Source of the DNA: Chloroflexota bacterium
GTDB lineage: Bacteria > Chloroflexota > Anaerolineae > Anaerolineales > E44-bin32
DNA length: 64,000 nt
NCBI GenBank assembly: GCA_022561215.1
Contig: JADFRQ010000011.1
Span: 1,068-65,067 of the forward strand
Reading direction: 5' to 3'
Below are positions 47,642-56,781 of the stretch, piece after piece. Position numbers and translations under genes: made by a program. The notes beneath the pieces are model-generated. The model saw only the letters and a program-made list of their open reading frames with translations. It ran no database searches and was not told the DNA's origin. The stretch's first letter is position 1. Each line of letters starts with the position of its first letter.

Positions 47642-48246
47642 TGAATGTTCCTCAATACCTGGCCCCCTTGCTTTCCATCATCGCCGGCGTAAGCGCAGGC
47701 CTGATTACGGTTCTTGATGATCGTCGGTATGGACTTGGGATGATGGCTCTCCAATATTTCTGTGTCTCCATTTTCGCCGGCCTATTTATTTCCATGAGCG
47801 TAATGCCCTTGAAATTGATCGGTGGAACGTCGGTAATATTGATCATGTACCGGAGCGTTGGCCAACTGGGTTGGAAACAAAATGGCCGTGCGGAGGAAAA
47901 TCTTCCCTCCGGAAGATTGTTCAGGATTATCGCCGTCCTACTGCTCATTACGGGTTCGCTGGGCATAGGTCGAACTCTTTTTAGCGGGCTGGCGAATATT
48001 CAGCCCGTGGCAATTTCTTCCTTCTTGCTGCTAAGCGCACTCGGATTACTGCAGCTAAGCCTCAAGGAAGGTCCATTCGAGGTCGCACTTGGCCTTTTTA
48101 CCTTGATTAATGGATTTGAACTCATCTACAGTTCATTGGAATCTTCGCTAGCCGTTCTGGCGCTCCTGGCTTTGACGCATATTGGAATAGCCATTGCGAT
48201 TAGCATCATCGCGATTGATGTTGCCCCTGGTCTTGAGGGAAGGTGA
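47641..48246 (+). CDS. Six/seven-TM membrane protein (201 aa), HyfE/NuoK-like (tentative)
   Basis: Size, TM count and membrane-embedded acidic residue (TLINGFELIYSSLES) recall HyfE/NuoK-type subunits. Its start overlaps the upstream stop and its stop overlaps the downstream start. Confidence 0.5.
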   Translation: MNVPQYLAPLLSIIAGVSAGLITVLDDRRYGLGMMALQYFCVSIFAGLFISMSVMPLKLIGGTSVILIMYRSVGQLGWKQNGRAEENLPSGRLFRIIAVLLLITGSLGIGRTLFSGLANIQPVAISSFLLLSALGLLQLSLKEGPFEVALGLFTLINGFELIYSSLESSLAVLALLALTHIGIAIAISIIAIDVAPGLEGR

Positions 48247-49652
48247 TGAACGCGTCTCTGCTCACTTTTTCCATTACCGGGATTGGCATTTTGGTGCAAG
48301 TATTTACTCGGAAGCGGCATTTATTGGCTTCATTGTTATCCAGCACCTTCGCGTTTCTAATTGCGATTTTTATTTTTTCTATCCCCATGGATCGCGCTTT
48401 CACATTGATGGGCGCCTCTATACGCGTCAACAGCACATGGCAAATCTTTGGACGCTCCCTTGTCCTGGATGAGTTTAACCGCCAGGCAGTAGGATACTTA
48501 TATCTGATTGGCGGCGCGATCTTGGGTTCGGCCTGGATTTCAAAACCGACACGGATGTTTCACCCACTAGGATTGGCTATTCTTGCTCTCGTTGCCGCGT
48601 CACTGATGGTGGTTCCCTTTCTCTTCGCAGCAATATTCCTTGAACTCGCGGCAATTACTTTCCTGCTTGTCCTTTCCACAAGGACAATCGGCACGGCGCG
48701 CAGCGGGTTGAGGATGCTGATATTGTATACGTTGGCAATGTTGGCGATCTTGTTTGCCGGGTCGATGATTGAACTATCCGGGATGAGTGATTTGAGTGTC
48801 ATCCTGCTGGATACTCGGGTCAGCATTCTTCTCGCATTTGGATTTGCGATCTTATTAAGTATTCCTCCATTTCATGCATGGTTGCCGATGGCCGCCGGCG
48901 AAACCCATCCGTTTGCCATCGCATTGGCATCCACCGTCCTTCCGGCGGCCGGTCTATTTTTCGTTTTACGCTTTTTTGGAGCGTTATCCCTGGCGGTAAA
49001 TGAATCCAATCTTCTGGAGATCATTCGTATTTTCGGGGCGACCACCGTCTGGGTAGCTGCACTTTGGGGGGCCAGTCAAAAAAGCTTCGCAAAAATGGCT
49101 GCCTATGCCACTGTATCGGACTTGGGGGTGATGCTCATTGCCGTCGGGCTTGGATCTGAGCAAGGTATTCGTCTGGCATTGGCAATTACCGCCGCGAGAT
49201 TTGTAGGGTCCCTATGCCTGGCAATTGGGCTTGCAAATAATTCCGACAAACATCGATTTAATCCACAGGAGGGGGAGCCGATTGATGCAGCGCTCCCACC
49301 AAATAGCGCTGCCAGATTGGTGACCTTCCTTGGGACTGCTTCCATCGCTGGATTGCCACTTACCGCTGGATTTCCTGCGAAATGGCGCCTGTTGCAGATC
49401 CTTGCCACCGGAACGGCCTATGCTTGGATCTCGATTATGGTTGCAATGTTTATCTTTGGGTTTCGAATTCTGCGATTTGCGCAAAAATATAGATCAAACG
49501 GTCCAGTGAATGACGGCGCACAATCGGATGCGAAAATAACTGTGTTTCTCTACGCCGCTATTTTTCTGACTTTCGCATTCGGATTGGTTCCGCAAGTACT
49601 TAATCGCTGGATTGAGCATACAGTTATGGGTTTGGGTCTCTTAATCCCTTGA
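48243..49652 (+). CDS. Proton-conducting-membrane-transporter family (NuoN/HyfF/MrpD-like) subunit, divergent
   Basis: PF00361-like hallmarks: FLELAAITFLLVL (TM5 Glu), LSIPPFHAWLPMAAGETHPFAIALAS (PxHxWLP..E..P) and QKSFAKMAAYATVSDLGVMLIAVG. The start could be GTG 48243 or ATG 48246. Confidence 0.7.
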   Translation: MMNASLLTFSITGIGILVQVFTRKRHLLASLLSSTFAFLIAIFIFSIPMDRAFTLMGASIRVNSTWQIFGRSLVLDEFNRQAVGYLYLIGGAILGSAWISKPTRMFHPLGLAILALVAASLMVVPFLFAAIFLELAAITFLLVLSTRTIGTARSGLRMLILYTLAMLAILFAGSMIELSGMSDLSVILLDTRVSILLAFGFAILLSIPPFHAWLPMAAGETHPFAIALASTVLPAAGLFFVLRFFGALSLAVNESNLLEIIRIFGATTVWVAALWGASQKSFAKMAAYATVSDLGVMLIAVGLGSEQGIRLALAITAARFVGSLCLAIGLANNSDKHRFNPQEGEPIDAALPPNSAARLVTFLGTASIAGLPLTAGFPAKWRLLQILATGTAYAWISIMVAMFIFGFRILRFAQKYRSNGPVNDGAQSDAKITVFLYAAIFLTFAFGLVPQVLNRWIEHTVMGLGLLIP

Positions 49653-49696
49653 CGGATTGAGGGAATGCTATAATCGCACGAAATGGAGCAACAGGT

Positions 49697-50875
49697 ATGG
49701 CGGAAGATCGATTAGAAGGTCGAATTGATTGGCTGGATAAACAACGACGCAAGGATGCAGACCGCATCAAAACCTTGCAAGAAAAAGTTGCAAAGGCAGA
49801 GAAATTGCTTGCCAAGCAGGCAAAGCAGGTGAAAGAGGCAGTGAGTGAAATAGCACGTATATCGGCTCAAGCCTCGCAAATTCGTCAATTTGACGACGCG
49901 GTGGCGAATCTGAGAGCAGATTTTTCCCGGCAATTGCAGGGCCTAGTCGAGAGCCAGCAGAAGCGTGATACGCGCTTGGAAAAAATTCGCAACGCCGAAA
50001 GAGAAATGGCGTCAAAGTCGGTTGAGGAGCTGCGTTTAGAGTTAAAACAGCTGCAAGATATCCGCCAAACACTTGAAACTCGCAGGCATGAAGAAATTCG
50101 CATCAGTCGGGAATTAAATACCATGGAGAAAAAATTTGATGAAATTAAGCTCCGGGAAGAGGGGCTTTCAAGATCAATAACAACGAGTGAAGATTCTAGA
50201 CTTGAAGGTGCAAAGCGCCTGGCTGAATTGCAATCGGAATCAACCGATTTGAGAAAGAAAATTGAGTCGCTCCGCGGGCTTGTTGATACCGTTGAAGACC
50301 GCTCAAGAAGATTTGAATCGTTCATTGCTGAGCTAACGGAGAATGAGAACAATCGTCGAGAGGATCAAAACATCTGGATCGAGCAGCAAGAACTCGGTCG
50401 CGTTAGTTTCGAAAAGGAATGGAAGCATTGGCTCAAAAGTTTTGAGGCTTTTAAGGGGCTTGCCGAAGAATCTGATATTCGAATGCAAATGTATGACGAA
50501 AATTACAGGGCGATGAAGAAGACGAAAATCGATCTTGAAAAAATCCTTGATCGCCTGGAGCGCAGGATCTCGGAGATTTCTGAAGTTCAGCGCATAGCTG
50601 AGGACAAGATAAAAAGCGATTGGTCGATGTTCCAAGCGGATGACATGAAGCGTTGGAACACTTTTCAACTGACAAATGATGAACAATGGAAGGAACATGA
50701 TAGGCTGCACGAAAAACTAGGGCGCGATATTGGCGAGATGAATGAGAGTCTTGTTAAAGGGTTGGCTGTCCTTGAAAATTTATCGGAAAGTGGGCGCCGC
50801 CAGGTGACGGATCTTTTGAATATTGTCCGTCAATGGGCAGCGGAACAAGAAAGGCAAATGGAGCAGGTTAAGTAG
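49697..50875 (+). CDS. Soluble coiled-coil protein (392 aa), function unknown
   Basis: Charged heptad-like sequence throughout (E/K/R/L/Q rich) with no TM segment. GGAG sits 8 nt upstream of the ATG. Confidence 0.6.
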   Translation: MAEDRLEGRIDWLDKQRRKDADRIKTLQEKVAKAEKLLAKQAKQVKEAVSEIARISAQASQIRQFDDAVANLRADFSRQLQGLVESQQKRDTRLEKIRNAEREMASKSVEELRLELKQLQDIRQTLETRRHEEIRISRELNTMEKKFDEIKLREEGLSRSITTSEDSRLEGAKRLAELQSESTDLRKKIESLRGLVDTVEDRSRRFESFIAELTENENNRREDQNIWIEQQELGRVSFEKEWKHWLKSFEAFKGLAEESDIRMQMYDENYRAMKKTKIDLEKILDRLERRISEISEVQRIAEDKIKSDWSMFQADDMKRWNTFQLTNDEQWKEHDRLHEKLGRDIGEMNESLVKGLAVLENLSESGRRQVTDLLNIVRQWAAEQERQMEQVK

Positions 50876-50915
50876 CAACTGCGTTAGAAGACAAAGGGGG
50901 CGTAATCAGGATTTT

Positions 50916-52808
50916 ATGAGGGTTCTCGGTACAGCCGGACACGTCGATCATGGGAAATCTACACTTGTCCTCGCACTTACAGGTATTGATCCAGATCGTC
51001 TGCAAGAAGAAAAAGACAGGCAAATGACAATCGATTTGGGATTCGCCTGGATGACGCTGCCTGAAAGCGGAGAGGTAGGAATCATTGATGTTCCCGGGCA
51101 TCGAGATTTTATCGAAAATATGCTCGCTGGCGTTGGGGGGATCGATGCCGCCATGTTGGTGATTGCCGCGGACGAAGGTGTCATGCCGCAAACGAGAGAA
51201 CACTTCGCCATTCTTAATCTGTTGGAGGTCCCGCGGGGCGTAATCGCATTGACCAAAATCGATCTTATCGAGGATGAGGCCTGGCTGACCATGGTGAGCG
51301 AGGAAATCAAGCAGCTTACGAGCAACACATCGCTTGCGAACTGGCCCATCGTACCCATCTCGGCGCAGGAGAAGCGCGGACTTGGCGAACTTCGAGAAAA
51401 GCTTGATCAAATCCTGTCCACCACAAAGGCCCGATTGGATATTGGGGCACCACGCCTGGGAATCGATCGCGTATTTTCGATAGCGGGATTTGGCACCGTG
51501 GTTACGGGCACCCTGAGCGACGGGGCGTTTGAAGTAGGCGAGGAGATCGAAATTCTTCCGCGAGCTTTTTCTGGAAGGATTCGGGGACTGCAGACCCACA
51601 AAAATTCCGTTGAAACCGCAATTCCAGGAGGGCGGACGGCAATCAATATCTCGGGACTTGATGTTAGTCAGATTCAACGTGGAGATGTAGTCGTTTTGCC
51701 GAATTCACATCAACCAACAACGATGCTGGATGTTCACTACCGTCATCTGCATGACAATGAACTTTCGATCAAGCACGATCAAGTCGTAAAATTCTATATC
51801 AGCGCATCGCAGCGCTCGGCGAGGATTCGACTGCTGGGGACAGATGAAATCAGGCCTGGAGAGGAGGGTTGGATTCAACTAATCTTGGACCAGCCGGTTG
51901 TGGCAATGCGCGGTGATCATTTTATCCTAAGAAGACCTTCTCCAGGGTTGACTTTGGGTGGCGGCGTCATTGCCGATCCCCACCCGTCTCGCAGACATCG
52001 ACGATTTACTTCCGATGTTGTAGAGAAGCTTGAAAACCTGATACGTGGCGGCCCGGCGGAAATATTGGCCCATTCGTTACGATTGCTTGGCCCGGCTAAA
52101 TTCGAGGACATCCTCAAACACGCGAATCTTTACGAGGATCAAATTTCTGGAGCACTTGCGCAACTCGGGGATCAAGGAGCTATCATTTTCTTGGGCAATA
52201 TCCAATCGGATCCAGATCCTTCAGACATTGCCATTCACATCGATGCCTGGAATGTGCTTTCGGAAAAAATATTGAAGACCTTAGGCGGCTATCATACAAA
52301 ATTCCCCCTTCGTTTTGGCATGTCACGCGAAGAGCTAAAAAGCCGATTAGGATTGAGCACTACGATTTACAATCATGTCCTCCTTCACATGGCTTCGCAA
52401 AATACGATTGATCTCAACAAATCGATTGTAAATGTCGCTGAATTTCAACCGACTTTGACCTCGGGCCTACGCAAAGAAGAGGCTGCGCTGTTGAATAAGT
52501 TTAATTCCGAACCGATGCGACCCCCCTCGGTTAAGCAAAGTATTGAACAAATTGGTGAAGAGCTTTACAACTATTTGCTGGCCAGCGATCAGCTTATCCA
52601 GGTATCTACGGAAGTTGTTTTCGCTCGGGCTGCTTATGAAATCATGCTCGACGAAGTGCGGCAGTTCCTGAAAAAAAACGATTCCATTACCGTGGCAGAG
52701 TTAAGAGATGCCGTCGGCACATCCCGGAAATACGCCTTGGCATTCATGGAACATCTGGATAGTATCGGAATCACGCAGCGCGAGGGAGATAGTCGAAAAT
52801 TGGCGTAA
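50916..52808 (+). CDS. selB: Selenocysteine-specific translation elongation factor
   Basis: G-domain GTAGHVDHGKSTLVLALTGIDPDRLQEEKDRQMTIDLGFA, DVPGH and TKID. C-terminal winged-helix signature VAELRDAVGTSRKYALAFMEHLDSIGITQREGDSRKL. Confidence 0.9.
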   Translation: MRVLGTAGHVDHGKSTLVLALTGIDPDRLQEEKDRQMTIDLGFAWMTLPESGEVGIIDVPGHRDFIENMLAGVGGIDAAMLVIAADEGVMPQTREHFAILNLLEVPRGVIALTKIDLIEDEAWLTMVSEEIKQLTSNTSLANWPIVPISAQEKRGLGELREKLDQILSTTKARLDIGAPRLGIDRVFSIAGFGTVVTGTLSDGAFEVGEEIEILPRAFSGRIRGLQTHKNSVETAIPGGRTAINISGLDVSQIQRGDVVVLPNSHQPTTMLDVHYRHLHDNELSIKHDQVVKFYISASQRSARIRLLGTDEIRPGEEGWIQLILDQPVVAMRGDHFILRRPSPGLTLGGGVIADPHPSRRHRRFTSDVVEKLENLIRGGPAEILAHSLRLLGPAKFEDILKHANLYEDQISGALAQLGDQGAIIFLGNIQSDPDPSDIAIHIDAWNVLSEKILKTLGGYHTKFPLRFGMSREELKSRLGLSTTIYNHVLLHMASQNTIDLNKSIVNVAEFQPTLTSGLRKEEAALLNKFNSEPMRPPSVKQSIEQIGEELYNYLLASDQLIQVSTEVVFARAAYEIMLDEVRQFLKKNDSITVAELRDAVGTSRKYALAFMEHLDSIGITQREGDSRKLA

Positions 52809-52835
52809 CTAGGTTTCTGCGGCAATCGACACGTT

Positions 52836-54440
52836 CTAAAAAGTGCGGTATCGCCATTGACCTGCCACCATCGTTGCGCAAGGCTGAATTCTGTACAAAT
52901 GATTGGGATCGACGTCAAAAGGATTTTCTTCCAGCACGATCAGATCGGCGTAATAGCCGGGTTCAATTTTTCCTAATTCATGTTCGCGATAGGAAGCATA
53001 AGCCGGGCCAAATGTATAAGCACTTATTGCCTCTGCCAGTGTAATCTTTTCCTTTGGAATCCAGCCTTCGCCCCCATCCTTTTGACCCACCTTTTTGCGA
53101 GTTACCGCGGCGCTTATTCCCAAGAATGGATTGGGGCTCTCTACTGGAGCATCTGATCCAAATGCCAGCACGGCGCCGGAGTTCAGCAAGCTGTTCCATG
53201 CGTAACTGAGATTTGATCTGTCGCCCCAAAACCTATCCGCCATTTCCATATCCGAGATAGCGTGAATAGGTTGCATGGAGGCGATAATATTAAGTGCCGC
53301 GGTCCGATTGATGTCCTGAGGATGAACGAGTTGCAAGTGTTCAATGCGGTGACGAAGCTTGGGCAGACCTAGCGCGGCTTCGGCCTTGCGCAGGGCATCA
53401 TAGGCATTCAGCACCACATGATTTGCTCTATCGCCAATCGCATGAATGGTGAGCCCAAACCCCGCCTGCGCCGCGCGCAAACCAAGCGCTGTGATTTGCT
53501 CATCATCTAAAAGCAACATTCCGAGATTATTTTCTTCCCCTACATAAGTTTCAAGCATGGCAGCCGTTCGCGGGCCCAACGCGCCGTCCGAGAAAATCTT
53601 GATATTGCCGAATTGCAACATGGAATTTCCAAAACCTGGAGCCAGCCCAATCGCCAGCGCCTCACTTAACTTATCCACGGGAATGTTCTTTAACACCCGC
53701 AATCCAAGCTGGCCTCGCCGCTGGAGGCGTTGATAGGCCCGAAAACAATCTGGACCATCGAAATCGTGAACGCCCGTAAGCCCCATAACCCAAAGATTTT
53801 CCTGGGCAGTCAAAATTAATTCGGCCAGCTCTACTTCGGATGGATAGGGAATGGTTGCAGCAACAAGCCGCATTGCATTTTCAAATAATATTCCTGTGGG
53901 GTTGCCTTTGGAATCTCTCTGAATTTCGCCACCAGCTGGATCGGGAGTACTCGAATTGATCCCTGCTAACTGCAATACTTTGGAGTTGGCCCATCCGGCA
54001 TGGAGTGACTTTGCCGTGAGGTAGATGGGGTGCGCTGTAGAGATTCTGTCCAAATCGTGAGAGGTGCCATACCTCGTCCAGAAGTTCTGGTTCCAACCAT
54101 GGCCAAGAATCCAACGCTGGGGGGCGGTTTTCGCCACGCGCACTTTCACCCGCTTCAAACATTCATTTATTGAAGATGTCTCACAATCAATCATATTTAT
54201 GGATTGCGCATACTTGCTCATATGAATGTGGGAATCCGTAAACCCAGGCAAAATACAGCGCTGATCGAGATCGATACGTTCAATTTCGGATGGAAAAGAT
54301 GAAATCCACTCAGTCGTATTGCCGACTCCCACGATTCGATCATCGCGGATGGCCATCGCCGAAGCGCTGGGGAAATGACCATTGAGGGTCAATATTTTTG
54401 CATTATGCAAGAGCAGGGTAGGTTGTCTTGATTTGATCAT
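52836..54440 (-). CDS. Amidohydrolase-3 family metal-dependent hydrolase
   Basis: PGFTDSHIHM metal-binding motif, then HAIGD, HLQLV and FGSDAPV motifs in TIM-barrel order. Confidence 0.85.
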   Translation of the reverse strand: MIKSRQPTLLLHNAKILTLNGHFPSASAMAIRDDRIVGVGNTTEWISSFPSEIERIDLDQRCILPGFTDSHIHMSKYAQSINMIDCETSSINECLKRVKVRVAKTAPQRWILGHGWNQNFWTRYGTSHDLDRISTAHPIYLTAKSLHAGWANSKVLQLAGINSSTPDPAGGEIQRDSKGNPTGILFENAMRLVAATIPYPSEVELAELILTAQENLWVMGLTGVHDFDGPDCFRAYQRLQRRGQLGLRVLKNIPVDKLSEALAIGLAPGFGNSMLQFGNIKIFSDGALGPRTAAMLETYVGEENNLGMLLLDDEQITALGLRAAQAGFGLTIHAIGDRANHVVLNAYDALRKAEAALGLPKLRHRIEHLQLVHPQDINRTAALNIIASMQPIHAISDMEMADRFWGDRSNLSYAWNSLLNSGAVLAFGSDAPVESPNPFLGISAAVTRKKVGQKDGGEGWIPKEKITLAEAISAYTFGPAYASYREHELGKIEPGYYADLIVLEENPFDVDPNHLYRIQPCATMVAGQWRYRTF

Positions 54441-54459
54441 TAATTTACTTCTTTGTTAA

Positions 54460-55107
54460 TCATTTTCGTGGTGAAAAAAACTTTGAGCCTAAATGGCGAG
54501 TGTCATTCAGTGACAAGACCATCCAGGTGTGATCATAGCGAAGGTGAGCGCTGCCCGTGTTGCTCGTACGCATAATGCTGTGACCTCCGCGTGTTGAGGG
54601 CGAAAGGCCAAGAATGCTGTGTAGGGCTGCGTTCAGAATACCGCCATGGGTAACAATGAGGTAGCGAGCAGAAGGCCGACGAAGAATTTTCTGAACGGCT
54701 GATGAAGCACGCAGGTATAAATCCCAATCACTTTCACCTGTTTCAAAGACTGGTGAGTACGGTGATCGATTGGAATTTTCATTTAATGTTTGCCGGAATG
54801 TTGCATAGTCCATACCTTCTGCTTTCCCATAGCGGCGTTCCTTCCATTGTTCGACGAATTCAATATCCATATTACCTGCAAATGCAACTTCAACAGTCAT
54901 TCTCGCGCGTTGAAGTGGGCTGCAGAGGATATGGTCAAAGGTAATTCCCTCTGCCGCCCAATATTTTCCCAGAGCCCGGGCCTGTCGAATTCCCAATTCC
55001 GATAGGGGGGAATTTTGTTGGCCCTGCACGATGCGCCCCTGGTTGGCAATCGATTGTGCATGTCGAAGGAAAGTAATCCGATGGACTTCGGTCTGAGGGA
55101 CGTTCAT
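54460..55107 (-). CDS. Histidine phosphatase (phosphoglycerate mutase) family protein
   Basis: FLRHAQS catalytic RHG-type motif, SPLQRA, and VTHGG. Confidence 0.85.
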   Translation of the reverse strand: MNVPQTEVHRITFLRHAQSIANQGRIVQGQQNSPLSELGIRQARALGKYWAAEGITFDHILCSPLQRARMTVEVAFAGNMDIEFVEQWKERRYGKAEGMDYATFRQTLNENSNRSPYSPVFETGESDWDLYLRASSAVQKILRRPSARYLIVTHGGILNAALHSILGLSPSTRGGHSIMRTSNTGSAHLRYDHTWMVLSLNDTRHLGSKFFSPRK

Positions 55108-55193
55108 TCGCTACCCACCATTCGGTGTGCTCGATAGGGATGTTTGCAAGGCAGCATAGAATTAGCAAGGTGTGGGTAGGCCATTGTTTTGGA

Positions 55194-56129
55194 TTAAGGT
55201 GCCTCTTGCTGGAGCATATTCTCGCTCATAATGGCAGGCGTTCCATTTACGAATGCTTCCCCAGTCATAGTTTTACGGCCCGCCGGCTGTACTTCGTCGA
55301 GGACCAATACGCCATCTGGAGTTACGACAGCTGGATTGCGCGATCGCTTCACAAGCGTCCCAATTTCTTGCTCCGCAGCCTCGTCAACATGCACAGAATG
55401 GACTGCAATGCGTCTGTTTTCCCAAAAAAAGAACGACCCAGGCCAAGGCTCAAATGCCCTGACCTGTCGCGCAAGTTCTTGCGCGGGCTTTGAAAAATCC
55501 AACAAACCATCTTGTTTCTTTAACATTGGTGCATAGGTAGCAAGAAGTGTATCCTGAGGTGCGGGGACAATCTTTCCCTGAATGTAATCGGGTAAGGTTT
55601 GGCAAAGTTGGTCTGCGCCGAGCTGCGATAATCGTGTTGATAACTCTCCCGCCGTCTCCTTATCCATAATTTGAATAGTTGTTTGGGTCAATATAGGGCC
55701 GGTGTCGAGACCGACGTCCATCAGCATAAGTGTGATTCCCGTCCCGTCATCACCATGCAGGATAGCAGCCTGAATGGGCGCCGCACCGCGCCAGCGGGGC
55801 AGGAGCGATGCATGAATATTGATGCTCCCCATCCGGGGGATATCGAGGATTTCCTGACTTAGTATCTGACCGTAGGCGGAGACAATAATAAGGTCGGGTG
55901 ACCATTTTCTTATCGCATTTACGGATTCTGGGCTGCGCACCTTTTCGGGCTGCAAGATTGGTAAGGCTAAGGCCACTGCCGCGTCTTTAATAGGAGAGTA
56001 GGCAATTACTCTGCCCCTTCCTGCAGCTTTGTCCACTTGTGTTATTACTCCCACGATGGAATAATCACTCACCAACATATGCAATGTAGGGACGGAAAAT
56101 ACGGGGGATCCCATAAATACGATGCGCAT
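55194..56129 (-). CDS. fmt: Methionyl-tRNA formyltransferase
   Basis: MRIVFMGSPVFSVPTL, IVSAYGQIL, INIHASLLPRWRGAAPIQ, and a C-terminal beta-barrel domain. Confidence 0.95.
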   Translation of the reverse strand: MRIVFMGSPVFSVPTLHMLVSDYSIVGVITQVDKAAGRGRVIAYSPIKDAAVALALPILQPEKVRSPESVNAIRKWSPDLIIVSAYGQILSQEILDIPRMGSINIHASLLPRWRGAAPIQAAILHGDDGTGITLMLMDVGLDTGPILTQTTIQIMDKETAGELSTRLSQLGADQLCQTLPDYIQGKIVPAPQDTLLATYAPMLKKQDGLLDFSKPAQELARQVRAFEPWPGSFFFWENRRIAVHSVHVDEAAEQEIGTLVKRSRNPAVVTPDGVLVLDEVQPAGRKTMTGEAFVNGTPAIMSENMLQQEAP

Positions 56130-56310
56130 GCCATATCCTAGCACAGCCATTTTGAGAAGTTAATGGAAACTAACGTTCGTTTGCGGTGTTAACCTTTTAA
56201 AGAATGTGGTAATGTTGGGTGCCCTGCGCACAAATTGACAGCGAGTTTGATCGTTGGCAGAATAATTGTCAACACATCTATCGATTACGTTTCTTACTGG
56301 AGGATACCTT

Positions 56311-56634
56311 ATGACTGAAGATGAAATGATGAACGAATCGGAGAGTAGCAGTGACGATCGTTTATTTGCCGCCATGGCTTATGCGTTATCGCCACTGATG
56401 CCGATTATCATTTTAATTATGCCAGATAAAAGAGACCGGGCATTTATTCGCTCGCATAATGTGCAGGCCTTGATTGTTGGTGTGTTGCTGTGGTTTATTA
56501 TTGTGCCACTTACTTTTGGTTGCGGCTCTATTGGCTGGCTGGTTTTGCTCTACCTGGCGTATGAGGCCTATCAGGGGAAAACAATCAACATTCCATTGGT
56601 ATCTAATTTTGTCAAAAATCAAAATTGGGCGTGA
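56311..56634 (+). CDS. DUF4870-like small membrane protein
   Basis: DRLFAAMAYALSPLMPIIILIMPDKRDRAFIRSHNVQALIVG pattern. GGAGGA RBS precedes ATG 56311. Confidence 0.7.
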   Translation: MTEDEMMNESESSSDDRLFAAMAYALSPLMPIIILIMPDKRDRAFIRSHNVQALIVGVLLWFIIVPLTFGCGSIGWLVLLYLAYEAYQGKTINIPLVSNFVKNQNWA

Positions 56635-56711
56635 CCTGTTCTTGAAGGTGGTCGCTGCGATTTAAGAAAAGAGAATTGCAACAACCATTTCTCATTGGAG
56701 CGCCGAGGCGT

Positions 56712-56759
56712 AAATTCCGGCAACTTGCATTGTTGTCGGAATTTAAATTTTAAGTTTTT
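56712..56759 (+). terminator. Rho-independent terminator
   Basis: 13-bp stem AAATTCCGGCAAC / GTTGTCGGAATTT (one G-U pair) with loop TTGCAT, followed by a T-rich AAATTTTAAGTTTTT. Confidence 0.55.
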
Positions 56760-56781
56760 GTTTGAAGGAGATTGCTGACCA

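Noticed and set aside
50868-51677. 269-aa minus-strand ORF
   Set aside because: It is antisense to the selB G-domain, which is unambiguous. It is a shadow ORF.
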